Source: Escherichia phage ECML-117
Length of the DNA: 64,000 nt
Sequence record: JX128258
Direction: 5' to 3' (one strand)
Numbering within the stretch: position 1 is the stretch's first letter; each line of letters opens with the position of its first letter. Below the pieces are notes generated by a model, which was not told the origin of the DNA, ran no database searches, and saw nothing but the letters and a program-made list of their open reading frames with translations. A program made the translations under genes and the position numbers. Below are positions 46,872 to 56,781 of the stretch, in pieces.

Positions 46872-47429
46872 TTACTTTTTGCTTTTAGGCAAGGTTATTT
46901 TAGCTTCTTTATACTCAAAAACGCTAATATCTTCACTAACTGGATTACCCGCTTCCAGCTGTTCTTTTACAAATGACTTCAGTGTAGCAGAATGAACGCC
47001 TTGTTTCAACGTGGCTTCAACACCGTCTTCACGCAGCGCGGCAACAATCTCTTGCGCTTGCTCGATTTCTTCGCGACCGAACTCAGCCGTGACGCTGGAC
47101 TTGATCAAGCCGCCGTAACCGTTGTTGACAAGCCAATCGAATACTTTCAATTCATTTTCTTTCTTGATTGAAGCATTGACTTTTGACTCTACCTTGATTT
47201 TGGTTTTGTCTTCAAGCTTGATTTCGGACACGCCAAGCTCATCCATAACGCCAGGAAGCAGAACAGTTTTGATTTCACTGATGCGCTGCTTTTGCATATC
47301 AGCTTCATCTTCAAGCTCTGTCAAAGCTTCTTGGCGTTCTGCCAATTCCGATACTAAGCGCGCAAGGCGCTCTTGAATGCTCTCAGGAGCGACCTGCGGC
47401 AAATCATCTTCCCAATTAATATTGCTCAT
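46872..47429 (-). CDS. hypothetical coiled-coil protein (185 aa)
   Basis: Track ORF. Confidence 0.5.
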   Translation of the reverse strand: MSNINWEDDLPQVAPESIQERLARLVSELAERQEALTELEDEADMQKQRISEIKTVLLPGVMDELGVSEIKLEDKTKIKVESKVNASIKKENELKVFDWLVNNGYGGLIKSSVTAEFGREEIEQAQEIVAALREDGVEATLKQGVHSATLKSFVKEQLEAGNPVSEDISVFEYKEAKITLPKSKK

Positions 47430-47689
47430 ATTTTACCTTCTTGCATTAGCCCTTCAACACGGGTCATTTGATAACGTTCAGGTTTCCAAGCCGCCAAAGC
47501 CTTCTCAGCGCCTTTTAAAGTTTTATATGCCTTGATGCCAGGCATAATAACGGTATTCACCCCAGCACCGTTGCCATAATCAAACTCTTTTACAACGCGG
47601 AATATGCCGTCAATTTCTTTGACCAAAAGACGTTTGAACGCGATTGCGCCAGTAGCTTCATTTTTGTAACGTTCAAGGATGCGTACCAT
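47426..47689 (-). CDS. hypothetical protein (87 aa)
   Basis: Track ORF; AGAGGA upstream on minus strand. Confidence 0.45.
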   Translation of the reverse strand: MVRILERYKNEATGAIAFKRLLVKEIDGIFRVVKEFDYGNGAGVNTVIMPGIKAYKTLKGAEKALAAWKPERYQMTRVEGLMQEGKI

Positions 47690-47721
47690 TTTGTATTCCT
47701 CTGTTTCGTTTCGATGAAGTA

Positions 47722-47750
47722 ATTATGACTCATCTTCCCTGACAAGTCAA
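47722..47750 (-). promoter_or_regulatory. sigma70-like promoter (TTGACT-N17-CATAAT)
   Basis: Read on minus strand between the SNF2 stop and the start of 47426..47689; overlaps a CGTTTCGATGA element. Confidence 0.4.
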
Positions 47751-47763
47751 ATTATTTTTGATA

Positions 47764-49287
47764 TTAATTCATCTTTTTGCCGTCGAGGATGTGATCAGCA
47801 AGCATAGACTTCATACTTAGTGAACGCTGAATTTCTTCGTCGATGGTATCAACACCAATAAAATCAACATACAATACGCTTGATTTTGTTCCGATGCGGT
47901 GATTTCGGTCTTCGGATTGCTTGCGCAACTCGTTGTCATAGTTGCAAGAATAGTAGATTGCCAAGTCAGCGGCGGTAAGCGTGATGCCGATGCCTGCCGC
48001 TGCAGCGTGGCAAACCAATACCTGTGTTCCGCCATTCGCCACTGTGTTCTTCTGGAAGTCATCAATTAAGAACTCGCGTTGCTCTTTTGACGTTTCACCG
48101 TTGTATACACCAGTGACCACGCCTTCAGACTCAAGCCAATCCTTAATCTGGTTCATCTCTTCCTTAAAGATGGCCCAAACAATGAATTTGCGCTCTGGGT
48201 CATCTTCCAACACCCCTTCCACATAGTCCTTAAATGCCGTGAATCGTGGGTTGTCTTCCATGTAGACCATCTCATCATACACCTTAACAAAGCCGGATGT
48301 CACCTGCTTCATCTTAGTGCGCGACGCGATCATCTCAAACTTGACGTTTTCTTCTTCGCCTTTGTACTCCATCAGATAGTTGTACTCATTCTTGAGTTCA
48401 TCGTAAACATCGCGTTGTTTAGGCGACAACTCGAAGTCAATAAACTTGTACACCTTCTCTGGAAGGTCCGGCAAGTATTCCGCTTTTGTCGCACGAAAAT
48501 AGTGCGGTTCCATCAGCCGGATAAGCTTGTCAAGGTTTTTGTACATCGGTCGGCCAAACTGGTCTTTGCGCGGCACTTGCGGAATCCCATGGCCATTGCC
48601 GCCGATTTTCTTGAGGATGGCTTGCATCTCTGGGTCGTGCGCTTCAAGTAGCACCGTGAATTCAGAGTTGAATGCACGGAATGATTTGGTGCCGAGCAAG
48701 CCTGCTTCAAGGAAGTGGTATTGCATGTAAATATCCGCAGGCGAGCGCGGCAACGGCGTGCCAGAAAGGATTCGACGGGCCTTTGCCAGCCGTCCCAATT
48801 CCACAACCTTGATGGAGCGTTTTGCTGTGTTATTCTTGATTCGCGTTGATTCGTCGATAATCATCAGGCAGCGGTATTTCTTCAAGACCGACTCGATGTG
48901 TTGATAACCGACTGGTGTGTTGACTGTGTCGATGTTGAATGAGAAAATGCGCGCAGGCACTTCGCCTTCAGGGTAGTGATCAGCAAACATCTTCTCCCAA
49001 AGCGCCTTGCCCTTTTTAGTCTTCATCTTGTCATTGCCGCGCCAGTAGTGCCCAATCCACTTGATGGAAAGGTGTTCTGGTGCTTCACGACGAATCCAGT
49101 TTGAGTGGACACCGTTTGGAGCGATGACGACCATGGCATCGAACGCGCCAGCGACGAAGTGCTTTTCAAACTCTGCCAAAGCGGTCCAAGTTTTACCAAG
49201 ACCCTGTTCCATGAAATAGGCAAAGTATTTTCTGCGGCCTGCTTTATCAAGCGCCAGAAGCTGGTGGCGCATCCCTTGTGTTTTCAT
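47764..49287 (-). CDS. SNF2-family helicase/ATPase
   Basis: 507 aa; Walker A GLGKT, DEST box (MIIDESTRIKN), C-terminal helicase domain. Confidence 0.7.
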   Translation of the reverse strand: MKTQGMRHQLLALDKAGRRKYFAYFMEQGLGKTWTALAEFEKHFVAGAFDAMVVIAPNGVHSNWIRREAPEHLSIKWIGHYWRGNDKMKTKKGKALWEKMFADHYPEGEVPARIFSFNIDTVNTPVGYQHIESVLKKYRCLMIIDESTRIKNNTAKRSIKVVELGRLAKARRILSGTPLPRSPADIYMQYHFLEAGLLGTKSFRAFNSEFTVLLEAHDPEMQAILKKIGGNGHGIPQVPRKDQFGRPMYKNLDKLIRLMEPHYFRATKAEYLPDLPEKVYKFIDFELSPKQRDVYDELKNEYNYLMEYKGEEENVKFEMIASRTKMKQVTSGFVKVYDEMVYMEDNPRFTAFKDYVEGVLEDDPERKFIVWAIFKEEMNQIKDWLESEGVVTGVYNGETSKEQREFLIDDFQKNTVANGGTQVLVCHAAAAGIGITLTAADLAIYYSCNYDNELRKQSEDRNHRIGTKSSVLYVDFIGVDTIDEEIQRSLSMKSMLADHILDGKKMN

Positions 49288-49706
49288 GACAATTCCTCTA
49301 AATACTTGATGATGTGGTGAATAGTTCCCTTCACGATTATCTCACGTTGAACGTCTGCAATATTATAACGCTTTAATTCAATCGAAGGGTGGACTAAATA
49401 AAACATCTTCTCAGAATCGACTTTAAGCAAAACAAATGATGGGTATTTCCAATCATTCCACGAAGAAAGAAAGCTGCACTGACCTTTCTCAAATGCATTT
49501 CTGAAAGGTGCAGTGGTGGCCCTTGCAGGCCACGATTCAAAGAACTTCATTTCAAGCCAAAAGCCGCGCCCTTTCCGGTTGGTGCCGATTACGTCCGGCA
49601 CGCCATCACCCGTCATCGATTCGATTCGTTGAAGCTTCAATATTGATTCTGAATGTTTCTTCAAAGGAACGAAAATGTATTTTTGTTCACGGTTATTTGT
49701 TGCCAT
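49284..49706 (-). CDS. VRR-NUC domain nuclease
   Basis: 140 aa; GVPDVIG...GRGFWLEMK (PD-(D/E)xK) motif. Confidence 0.6.
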   Translation of the reverse strand: MATNNREQKYIFVPLKKHSESILKLQRIESMTGDGVPDVIGTNRKGRGFWLEMKFFESWPARATTAPFRNAFEKGQCSFLSSWNDWKYPSFVLLKVDSEKMFYLVHPSIELKRYNIADVQREIIVKGTIHHIIKYLEELS

Positions 49707-52590
49707 CTGGATACACCTGTTTGATCACGTCGACGATAAACATGTCAATGCCTTCAAGCTTGCGGCCTTTCATCAGGAAGAATGCACCGTTCCCAACGTT
49801 CTCTGCGATGTATTTCCCGTACTTCTGGAACTTCTCTGGGCGAATCCTGAAGCGCATTGGCGAGTCTGTCGAATCATCCTTGCACATAAGGTCGATGAAC
49901 TGGGTCTCAATCTTGTTTCCAAACTTATCCTTATCCGCATAGCGGCCATCAGCTTGAAGACCCTTTTTAAGTTTGCCGTGCTTTGTATAAATGCCGCGCT
50001 CAAGACGTTTACGGATGCGTGTTGCTTCGTTTTCATCTGCCAGCACTTTCTTGGTCAACTTGCCGATTACTATTGCACGCTCGTCATCGCCGACTTCCTT
50101 CATCTGGCGTATTGAAGCACCGGAAGTAACGCCAATCAGATATGGGTCATTATACGCCCAACCGAACTTGGTGTGCATCTCTGTAAGGTCGCCGTATTTG
50201 ACTTCAGCATTTGCCAATGCGTCCTTTTGTTTTTGCGTTAAGGTTCCGGCTTCACGTGCTTCGATGTACTTCATCGCCTTCACCATTCCGTACCCTTTAG
50301 CGTTCATTATGCCGCCAATTAGCTTTCCGTTAGCGATGGTCCAGTTCATTGAAGAGTGATCAGGGTCGATTGGCACATAATCCACGCCTTCCTTCGCAAG
50401 TTCACGTAATATCGCAATCGTCTGGTCTTCGTCCTTAGCAGCGCGTAAGCAAGCAGCAGCAAATTCCAACGGGTAGTGTCGTTTAAGCCACAAGGTCCAG
50501 TAGGTCACGACCGCGTATGACACGGAGTGTGACTTGTTAAAGCCCCATGACCCGAACGTCGCCATCGCCTGCCAAAGCTTTCTTGCATCCGCTTCCGGTA
50601 CGCCGTTATTTATTGCGCCTGCAACGAAGTCTTCGCCAAGCTTGTTAAAGTATTCCTCACCCTTACGACCTGACATCGCCTTACGTACAGCGGATGTTTT
50701 CGCCCAGTCAAATGAACCAATCTCTTTAACCACGGCCATGATTTGCTCTTGGTAAAGAAACACGCCGTAAGTCTCTTTTAAGTACGGCTCAAGTTGCGGT
50801 ACGTCGTACTCAATCGGCGCACGTCCTGCCGCGCGTTCAATGTATTTCTGGGCCATACCGGACGACAACGGGCCAGGTCGGCCAAGTGCTGTCAGGTTAT
50901 CGATTTTGTTAAAGTTATCAACGTGCACAAAGTTGGTCACTGAGCGTACAGCGTCGCCTTCAAACTGGAAGATGCCTGACATCTTGTTTTCGTTAAGGAT
51001 GTCAAGGACGCTTTGGTCATCAAGCTTGATTCCGTACAGCGTTTCAGCATCTATCACACCAGTATCAGAAATGATTCCGAGGGTACGAAGACCCAATGCA
51101 TCAAGCTTCAAAAGGTTAAGGTATTCGCTGTCAGGCTTATCAATTTGCGCAATCCCTTCCGCCGTCACTGTACAGTAATCAGAGATTGGGTCATTACACA
51201 CGATGATTCCCGCTGCGTGAACGCCAGTGTGGGAAGGGTGAATCTCAAGGTCACCCATGCATCGCGCGGCATCGGGATATTTAGCCACAAACTCTTGGCC
51301 CGTGGTCGTTGTTGCAAAGGTATCCTCCAGGCCGTGACCATAACGGGCGTCACCAGATGAGTATTCAAGCAATGCGTTTTTAATGTTGGCCGTTTCGTGA
51401 TATCCAATGTTGAATTTCTTACCAACTTGAGCCATTACTGAGTTGGCCTTAAGCGTGTTGATGTTGCCAAGCTTTGCAACGTTCATTTCGCCGTATTTTT
51501 CTTTAAGGTAATCAAACACCATATAGCGTTTGGTATCCTCAAAGTCAATATCAATATCAGGAAGGTCGGCGCGGCTTACGTCGATGAATCGGGCGAACAG
51601 CAGCTTATACGGGATTGGGTCAACTTCCGTGATGCCGAGGCAATAACAAACCAGTGAACCAGCCGATGAGCCGCGAGCGGGTCCGACGAGCATTTTTGTT
51701 TTTGCAAATCGTACAAGGTCCGCTACCACCAGAAAGTATGAGTCGAAATCTTTCAGCTGAATCTGGTGAATCTCTTCGTTGAATCGGTCCTCATATTCCT
51801 GAGTCCATTCTTTGATGTGACCTGCCTTAAGGCGGTACTCCATACCCTCACGAGCAAGCTTTACCATGTCACCAGCAAGGTGGATAATCGGTGCCTTGCG
51901 CAGCTTCAGGTCAAGTCCCACGATTCCGTTTGCAATATCAACCGCATTGGCAGTTGCTTGATTCAACTCATCTTCGGTCAGGATTCCTTTAAGCTGTTTG
52001 CGCAAGTCTTCCGCGTCAACAATGCAGTGCGGCTTGACCGTGTCGCGAACTTCCCAAGCATAAGCAAAGTCAACGTGCTCAGGTGAAGGCATGTGGTTGT
52101 ATCCGGTTAAAACCAGCGGCCTTCCGTTGCTGCGGTGAGCCAATACCTGGCGCTTGGCCAAAAGGAACGATGATGGGTTGACGTCTATATAATCGTAGTC
52201 CTCTGGCCGCAGCAACTCCACGGCACCGCCACAGAATTTAACGACTCCATCGAGCGCCCCGAACTCTGCACGGGTCAGTCCGCCGCGTTGTGTTGCAAGC
52301 GTGGTCGCGTTGTAAAAGGACTTCAGGTCAAGCGCCAATATCCAAGCCTTCGGTTTGAATCCATTTTTCGGGTCCGCATCAGGGTCGATGATTGGAATTT
52401 CCATGCCGAACATAGGCTTGATATCATTCTTCTGACATTCCTTTTCCCAGCGAACGTGACCCCATGTATTATTATCAACTAATGCCGCGACTTCGCAGCC
52501 CAACTCTTTGAGCCGTGCTATAATTTCAGGATGCCGTCCATATACTTCTTTGAACGTGTAACCGCTGCGAACTCTCAATTGTGGAAACAT
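49693..52590 (-). CDS. dnaE: DNA polymerase III alpha-type (DnaE-like) polymerase with PHP domain
   Basis: 965 aa; N-terminal PHP-like region, central palm-like region (GPARGSSAGSLVCYCLGITEVDP). Confidence 0.75.
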   Translation of the reverse strand: MFPQLRVRSGYTFKEVYGRHPEIIARLKELGCEVAALVDNNTWGHVRWEKECQKNDIKPMFGMEIPIIDPDADPKNGFKPKAWILALDLKSFYNATTLATQRGGLTRAEFGALDGVVKFCGGAVELLRPEDYDYIDVNPSSFLLAKRQVLAHRSNGRPLVLTGYNHMPSPEHVDFAYAWEVRDTVKPHCIVDAEDLRKQLKGILTEDELNQATANAVDIANGIVGLDLKLRKAPIIHLAGDMVKLAREGMEYRLKAGHIKEWTQEYEDRFNEEIHQIQLKDFDSYFLVVADLVRFAKTKMLVGPARGSSAGSLVCYCLGITEVDPIPYKLLFARFIDVSRADLPDIDIDFEDTKRYMVFDYLKEKYGEMNVAKLGNINTLKANSVMAQVGKKFNIGYHETANIKNALLEYSSGDARYGHGLEDTFATTTTGQEFVAKYPDAARCMGDLEIHPSHTGVHAAGIIVCNDPISDYCTVTAEGIAQIDKPDSEYLNLLKLDALGLRTLGIISDTGVIDAETLYGIKLDDQSVLDILNENKMSGIFQFEGDAVRSVTNFVHVDNFNKIDNLTALGRPGPLSSGMAQKYIERAAGRAPIEYDVPQLEPYLKETYGVFLYQEQIMAVVKEIGSFDWAKTSAVRKAMSGRKGEEYFNKLGEDFVAGAINNGVPEADARKLWQAMATFGSWGFNKSHSVSYAVVTYWTLWLKRHYPLEFAAACLRAAKDEDQTIAILRELAKEGVDYVPIDPDHSSMNWTIANGKLIGGIMNAKGYGMVKAMKYIEAREAGTLTQKQKDALANAEVKYGDLTEMHTKFGWAYNDPYLIGVTSGASIRQMKEVGDDERAIVIGKLTKKVLADENEATRIRKRLERGIYTKHGKLKKGLQADGRYADKDKFGNKIETQFIDLMCKDDSTDSPMRFRIRPEKFQKYGKYIAENVGNGAFFLMKGRKLEGIDMFIVDVIKQVYPDGNK

Positions 52591-53132
52591 TATTTACTCC
52601 ATATGTCATATACGCCAATTTGTTGGCAGACTTTGTGCAGTAATATTACGTCGTCTAATGCACGGTGCTTCTGTTCATATTTTCCGAAATATAATTCATA
52701 CAGCTCTTGAAGCTTAACTCTTCGGCCAAAAATAGGCAAGGTTTGCTCGACTGTACAAATGTTTATTTCTGGAAAATTAACATCACCAAGTGTAAGACCT
52801 TCGCGCTGTAATGCATAGTCAAGAATGTTTTTATCAAACGCATGGTTGTGCGCGATAGTTGCATCCGTCTTCTTGAAGATTTCTTTTAGTTGCGGAACGA
52901 AATGGATGAAGGGTGGATTACACTCAAGGTCTTCGTTGGTTAATCCGGTAATCTTTGTGATGATTTCTTCAATCACAATTTCAGGATTAATTATGAACTC
53001 GAACGTTTCAAGAATCTCTTTGCCGTCCGTCAGCAGTCCTGCAAATTCAATAGGGCGCGGCTGCATTCCAAGCGGCGCTTTCGGGTGCACGGTTAATCCG
53101 GTTGTTTCGAAGTCATAAGGGAGAAATAACAC
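52590..53132 (-). CDS. DnaQ-like 3'-5' exonuclease (DEDDh)
   Basis: 180 aa; YDFETTG (Exo I), HNHAFD (Exo II), HRALDD (Exo III). Confidence 0.7.
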   Translation of the reverse strand: MLFLPYDFETTGLTVHPKAPLGMQPRPIEFAGLLTDGKEILETFEFIINPEIVIEEIITKITGLTNEDLECNPPFIHFVPQLKEIFKKTDATIAHNHAFDKNILDYALQREGLTLGDVNFPEINICTVEQTLPIFGRRVKLQELYELYFGKYEQKHRALDDVILLHKVCQQIGVYDIWSK

Positions 53133-53186
53133 ATTGGCCTCCTACAAAAAGGCCGCCCATTAGGACGGCCACAGATTCACGATTCG

Positions 53187-53738
53187 TTATGCAGTGTACG
53201 GAGTACCGTCTTGATTCAAGCGCACGATAAACTTCAAATCAACGCCGATGATTTCACGCGTATCAAAGATCACATAGTTGTAACGACGCTGACCAGCAAT
53301 ATTTGGGTTGGTGTGAGAGTCGGTCACAACTTCCTGCGCAACCTGAATGCCTTCTTCTTTAAAGAACTTGCGCCATTCAGCAAGTTCAGCGGCAGTCACG
53401 TGCATACCAAGATGGCTAACCTGATTGTCGTGCGCATCGATGTATTCGATGTTTTCGTGAATCCAGTTGCAACCTTTTGTATAGTCAAGAATTTCAAGCT
53501 CAAGAGGCTTACCAGCGCCGCCATCGGTGCCGTTGCCAGCCTGATAGTTGAAGCGCAAGTCAGCTTCGTTGGTGCAATCGCCGCGCTGACCCTTAAAGAC
53601 ATCAGCTTCAAATACGCGACCAGTAGCAACAACGTGATCATGGAACCATTCTGTCAGGCCGATTTTAGCCAGGAAATTCTGTGCGCGCTGAGCACCTGGA
53701 ATTGACAGGGCGATTTGTTCAATTTTAAAGTGTGGCAT
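53187..53738 (-). CDS. hypothetical protein (183 aa)
   Basis: Track ORF; no confident motif. Confidence 0.5.
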   Translation of the reverse strand: MPHFKIEQIALSIPGAQRAQNFLAKIGLTEWFHDHVVATGRVFEADVFKGQRGDCTNEADLRFNYQAGNGTDGGAGKPLELEILDYTKGCNWIHENIEYIDAHDNQVSHLGMHVTAAELAEWRKFFKEEGIQVAQEVVTDSHTNPNIAGQRRYNYVIFDTREIIGVDLKFIVRLNQDGTPYTA

Positions 53739-53834
53739 TTTGTTTCCTTAATTAAATATTATTGATTAATTACTGTGTTATCTTCGTCCTGTTTCTTTTC
53801 AGGAGCGGGTGTGACAACTTCAAATGTTCGTGAT

Positions 53835-54518
53835 TTATTTCCCAAATGGAATATCAGTACCAGACATAAAACGCCATGCGCCCGTAATTAAGATATGGCG
53901 AATGAAGTCAGCAATTACTTGCGGCTCAGTCTCCAATCCATTCATCAACGCCTTTTTCTGGTATTCAGCAGCATACTCAGGAGTCCAGCCGCGAGTCGCG
54001 CAAACAGCATCTTCAATCTGTTTGGACATACCAGTGCCGCGCAACTTGTTAGGACTAATAGAAAATACCGTGATCCCGTATTTAGGCGTAAGCTCGTGAG
54101 CCATCTGCTTGCTAATCATGAGCGCAGCAGCCTTGGAAGCATTATAACACAAGCTGGACGTCATAGGAATATGCGCAGCGTTGGAAACGATATTGATCAC
54201 AAAACCTTTGTTGTCGATAAGACTTTTCAGCGCGGCTTGAGTCGTGTTGACGAAAGAGAAGGCGTTGGTGTGCATAACGCGATTGAACTCTTCGTAGTTA
54301 ACATCTTCAAACCAGTTGTTGGAGTTGACGCCAGCACAGTTGATCAAGCCTTCTACATCATATGGGCTTAAAATTTCTTTCATCTGTTTCGCGTCGCGGA
54401 CGTCATATCCGTATGCTGAATCGATTCCAAGCACGTTATGACCGTAAGCGCCAAGGGTGTCAAAAATAGATTTACCAAGACCGGAATTGGAACCTGTTAC
54501 AACAATTACTTTTTTCAT
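53835..54518 (-). CDS. short-chain dehydrogenase/reductase (SDR)
   Basis: 227 aa; VTGSNSGLGKS cofactor-binding motif and YNASK catalytic motif. Confidence 0.65.
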   Translation of the reverse strand: MKKVIVVTGSNSGLGKSIFDTLGAYGHNVLGIDSAYGYDVRDAKQMKEILSPYDVEGLINCAGVNSNNWFEDVNYEEFNRVMHTNAFSFVNTTQAALKSLIDNKGFVINIVSNAAHIPMTSSLCYNASKAAALMISKQMAHELTPKYGITVFSISPNKLRGTGMSKQIEDAVCATRGWTPEYAAEYQKKALMNGLETEPQVIADFIRHILITGAWRFMSGTDIPFGK

Positions 54519-54539
54519 TTATTTATCCTTTTTGGACTT

Positions 54540-54573
54540 CGTTTCGATGAGATAAATATAACTCATCGAAACG
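54540..54573. repeat. perfect 12-bp palindrome CGTTTCGATGAG-N10-CTCATCGAAACG
   Basis: Read directly between HAD and SDR genes; a related imperfect element lies at 47706-47733. Confidence 0.7.
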
Positions 54574-54583
54574 CACAAGTAAA

Positions 54584-55456
54584 CTATTTATTGAAATTAA
54601 TATTGTGGGTGTTGACGAGACGTTCACACATGGCGCTGTAAACACCATCGTCGTGTATAGAGTCTTCGTGCTTCAGGCCGCTGATTGCAAAGCGTGTAAG
54701 CTTGACAATCTTAAGCTCGAACAGATGCCACATGTGGTAGTCTTCCGGCGTTTTCAACGTTACGCCATTAGGGAAAAGCACCTGCATAACCTGGCCAACC
54801 ATCACGGCATTATCGCCATAGACAGCGTTGCGCTCACGGAAGGTTGCTGCCATTGCATCAAGAATATCGGCGGCAGTTGCCGGAGATTGTTCAACTTCCA
54901 CAGTCTTAGTCTCTTCTTGTCCTGTTGCGCTTGGATCAATTGCTAATTGTTGCACCACTTCACCTGCCTTGCAAAGATTAAATGTAAAAGCGATTTTATT
55001 TTGAGCAACGGAATTATAATACAATGCTTCATCTTGCATCCGCGCGAGCACGTCTTGTCGGTCGTCGAATACATTGATGATTCGATAATCGCCGTGCCGC
55101 AATGCGTGCGATAGCCATGCAGATTTCATAATAGTTGATGGACGTTTGTCGCCATAGTCTCTCATCTTGATTGTAAATTCATCAAAAGGAAAAACATTGT
55201 CCAGACGTTCAAAAGTCACTTGTCTGTATTTTTCTGGCCTTGCAGTCCAATATTCAACCGCCTCACCGCGAAGAGATGCCGACTCTACTGCTGATGCAAT
55301 GCGAGGATAGAACTGATCATAACCAATACCGCTGTGATAGTCATCATAGTCTGACAACGGACCTGCCACCTTTATGCGGTCCAAGCGCCAACGGTCATCA
55401 AACAGCGTTCCGTCAAGGTCGAATACGTTTAATATTTGGTTATTTTTAATACTCAT
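54584..55456 (-). CDS. HAD-superfamily hydrolase/phosphatase
   Basis: 290 aa; N-terminal motif I FDLDGTLF. Confidence 0.55.
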   Translation of the reverse strand: MSIKNNQILNVFDLDGTLFDDRWRLDRIKVAGPLSDYDDYHSGIGYDQFYPRIASAVESASLRGEAVEYWTARPEKYRQVTFERLDNVFPFDEFTIKMRDYGDKRPSTIMKSAWLSHALRHGDYRIINVFDDRQDVLARMQDEALYYNSVAQNKIAFTFNLCKAGEVVQQLAIDPSATGQEETKTVEVEQSPATAADILDAMAATFRERNAVYGDNAVMVGQVMQVLFPNGVTLKTPEDYHMWHLFELKIVKLTRFAISGLKHEDSIHDDGVYSAMCERLVNTHNINFNK

Positions 55457-56256
55457 CCCTTTGACACTCCATCTTTAGCAACTGGATTGTTGGTGATTGG
55501 CGCGGCATCCCAAAACTGGATGCGCAACTCTTCTTGCTGTGCCGTGGTATCCATCCAATCACGATACCAAGGGCAATGGGCTTTGCCATGACGAGGAAAC
55601 GCGCATTTACCCATACCGATGCATTGCGGCTGTAGTAAAGGATTAGCCCACGGGTGCACCTTGAGGACTTCCGCAACCATTGCGCGAAATACTTCTTGAT
55701 ACTCGCCTTGGGTGCGCGTGCACAAGCGGTTGGAAGCCATCTGTTGCAGCGTGCGCAAGTTGAACTTTGCCATGATATGCGTTTGCATATTAGAAGGCAA
55801 CACGGCACGTGCATCTTGAATCTCTGCGCCAGCCGCGCGAAGTTCTTGGTATAGGGCGTCAATGGTCGCCATTGCATCATCCCAGGTGTTAGCCAACTTC
55901 AAACGCTGCTCGTCGATTCTCTCGCCGATAACCCTGTCAGGGTCGTCATACTCAAACGCTTTCGGACGAATCGCATCAAACGCAGAAGACTCCTGAGCGC
56001 GGCTGGTGCGTTCTTGATATGCGCCTGTGCGTGTGCGTACCATCTGATGGGTCATGTTCTTTGATACATCTGTGATATCAAAAATATAGTCCACAAAGTC
56101 AAAAGGTGACTTGATTGTATCGAGCATGTAGCGCCAATGCTCTTGCTTCTCTGATTCCGTCATCTCAGAGACAGGCTTACCAGTCATGCGCGTGTTCTTT
56201 GTTTCCAGCAAAAGGTCAAGTGCATCTTGGGTGTATCGAATTAATTCAACTTTCAT
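55453..56256 (-). CDS. ThyX-like (flavin-dependent thymidylate synthase fold) protein with non-canonical motif
   Basis: 267 aa; SPFDFVDYIFDITDVS and RTRTGAYQERTS align by eye to ThyX TPFEHIVFTFHVKAP and RHRIASYNELS; the RHR-x7-S signature is altered. Confidence 0.4.
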   Translation of the reverse strand: MKVELIRYTQDALDLLLETKNTRMTGKPVSEMTESEKQEHWRYMLDTIKSPFDFVDYIFDITDVSKNMTHQMVRTRTGAYQERTSRAQESSAFDAIRPKAFEYDDPDRVIGERIDEQRLKLANTWDDAMATIDALYQELRAAGAEIQDARAVLPSNMQTHIMAKFNLRTLQQMASNRLCTRTQGEYQEVFRAMVAEVLKVHPWANPLLQPQCIGMGKCAFPRHGKAHCPWYRDWMDTTAQQEELRIQFWDAAPITNNPVAKDGVSKG

Positions 56257-56269
56257 TTTAATTATCCTA

Positions 56270-56716
56270 TTAACGGTAATTCACTAGTTGCTGATCACCA
56301 GAGAAGGTGCAATGATAAACGAATTGTGCGTTATAAAGCAACTGAAAACTTTTCTTTGGTTCACTATTAGCACTCATCGATGTGAATACTTCTGCACCGG
56401 AACGGTTTTCACCGATTAAGTTGACAAAGCCGCCAGTTGTGCGAGGTTGAACGAAAGTGAAGCGTTGCATCCACGGAGTCCGGTTGGCACCTTTACCTGT
56501 GAATCCTTGAATCTGAATATTCAGACCTTCTTGCTCGTTCACACCGATGTAAGTGGTAATCTTTGCACCAGTCGTTGCTGCGGTCTTCCCGTCCATCGCT
56601 TCGCAATCGTAAACAGCGATTGAATCGGAAGTGCGGATGGCAGCTTCAGTCGCTTCCATATACATGGTGCCGAGAATAGCAGTTGCGGCAAGCGCGATTC
56701 CAGTGATTCGTTTCAT
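56270..56716 (-). CDS. secreted protein (148 aa)
   Basis: Signal-like N-terminus MKRITGIALAATAILGTMYMEATEA. Confidence 0.5.
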   Translation of the reverse strand: MKRITGIALAATAILGTMYMEATEAAIRTSDSIAVYDCEAMDGKTAATTGAKITTYIGVNEQEGLNIQIQGFTGKGANRTPWMQRFTFVQPRTTGGFVNLIGENRSGAEVFTSMSANSEPKKSFQLLYNAQFVYHCTFSGDQQLVNYR

Positions 56717-56781
56717 TTTCGTTTCCTCTATGAGTTCTGCTTCAATGATTAAAGTATACGCCCATTGAAGCAGAAAGCAAA

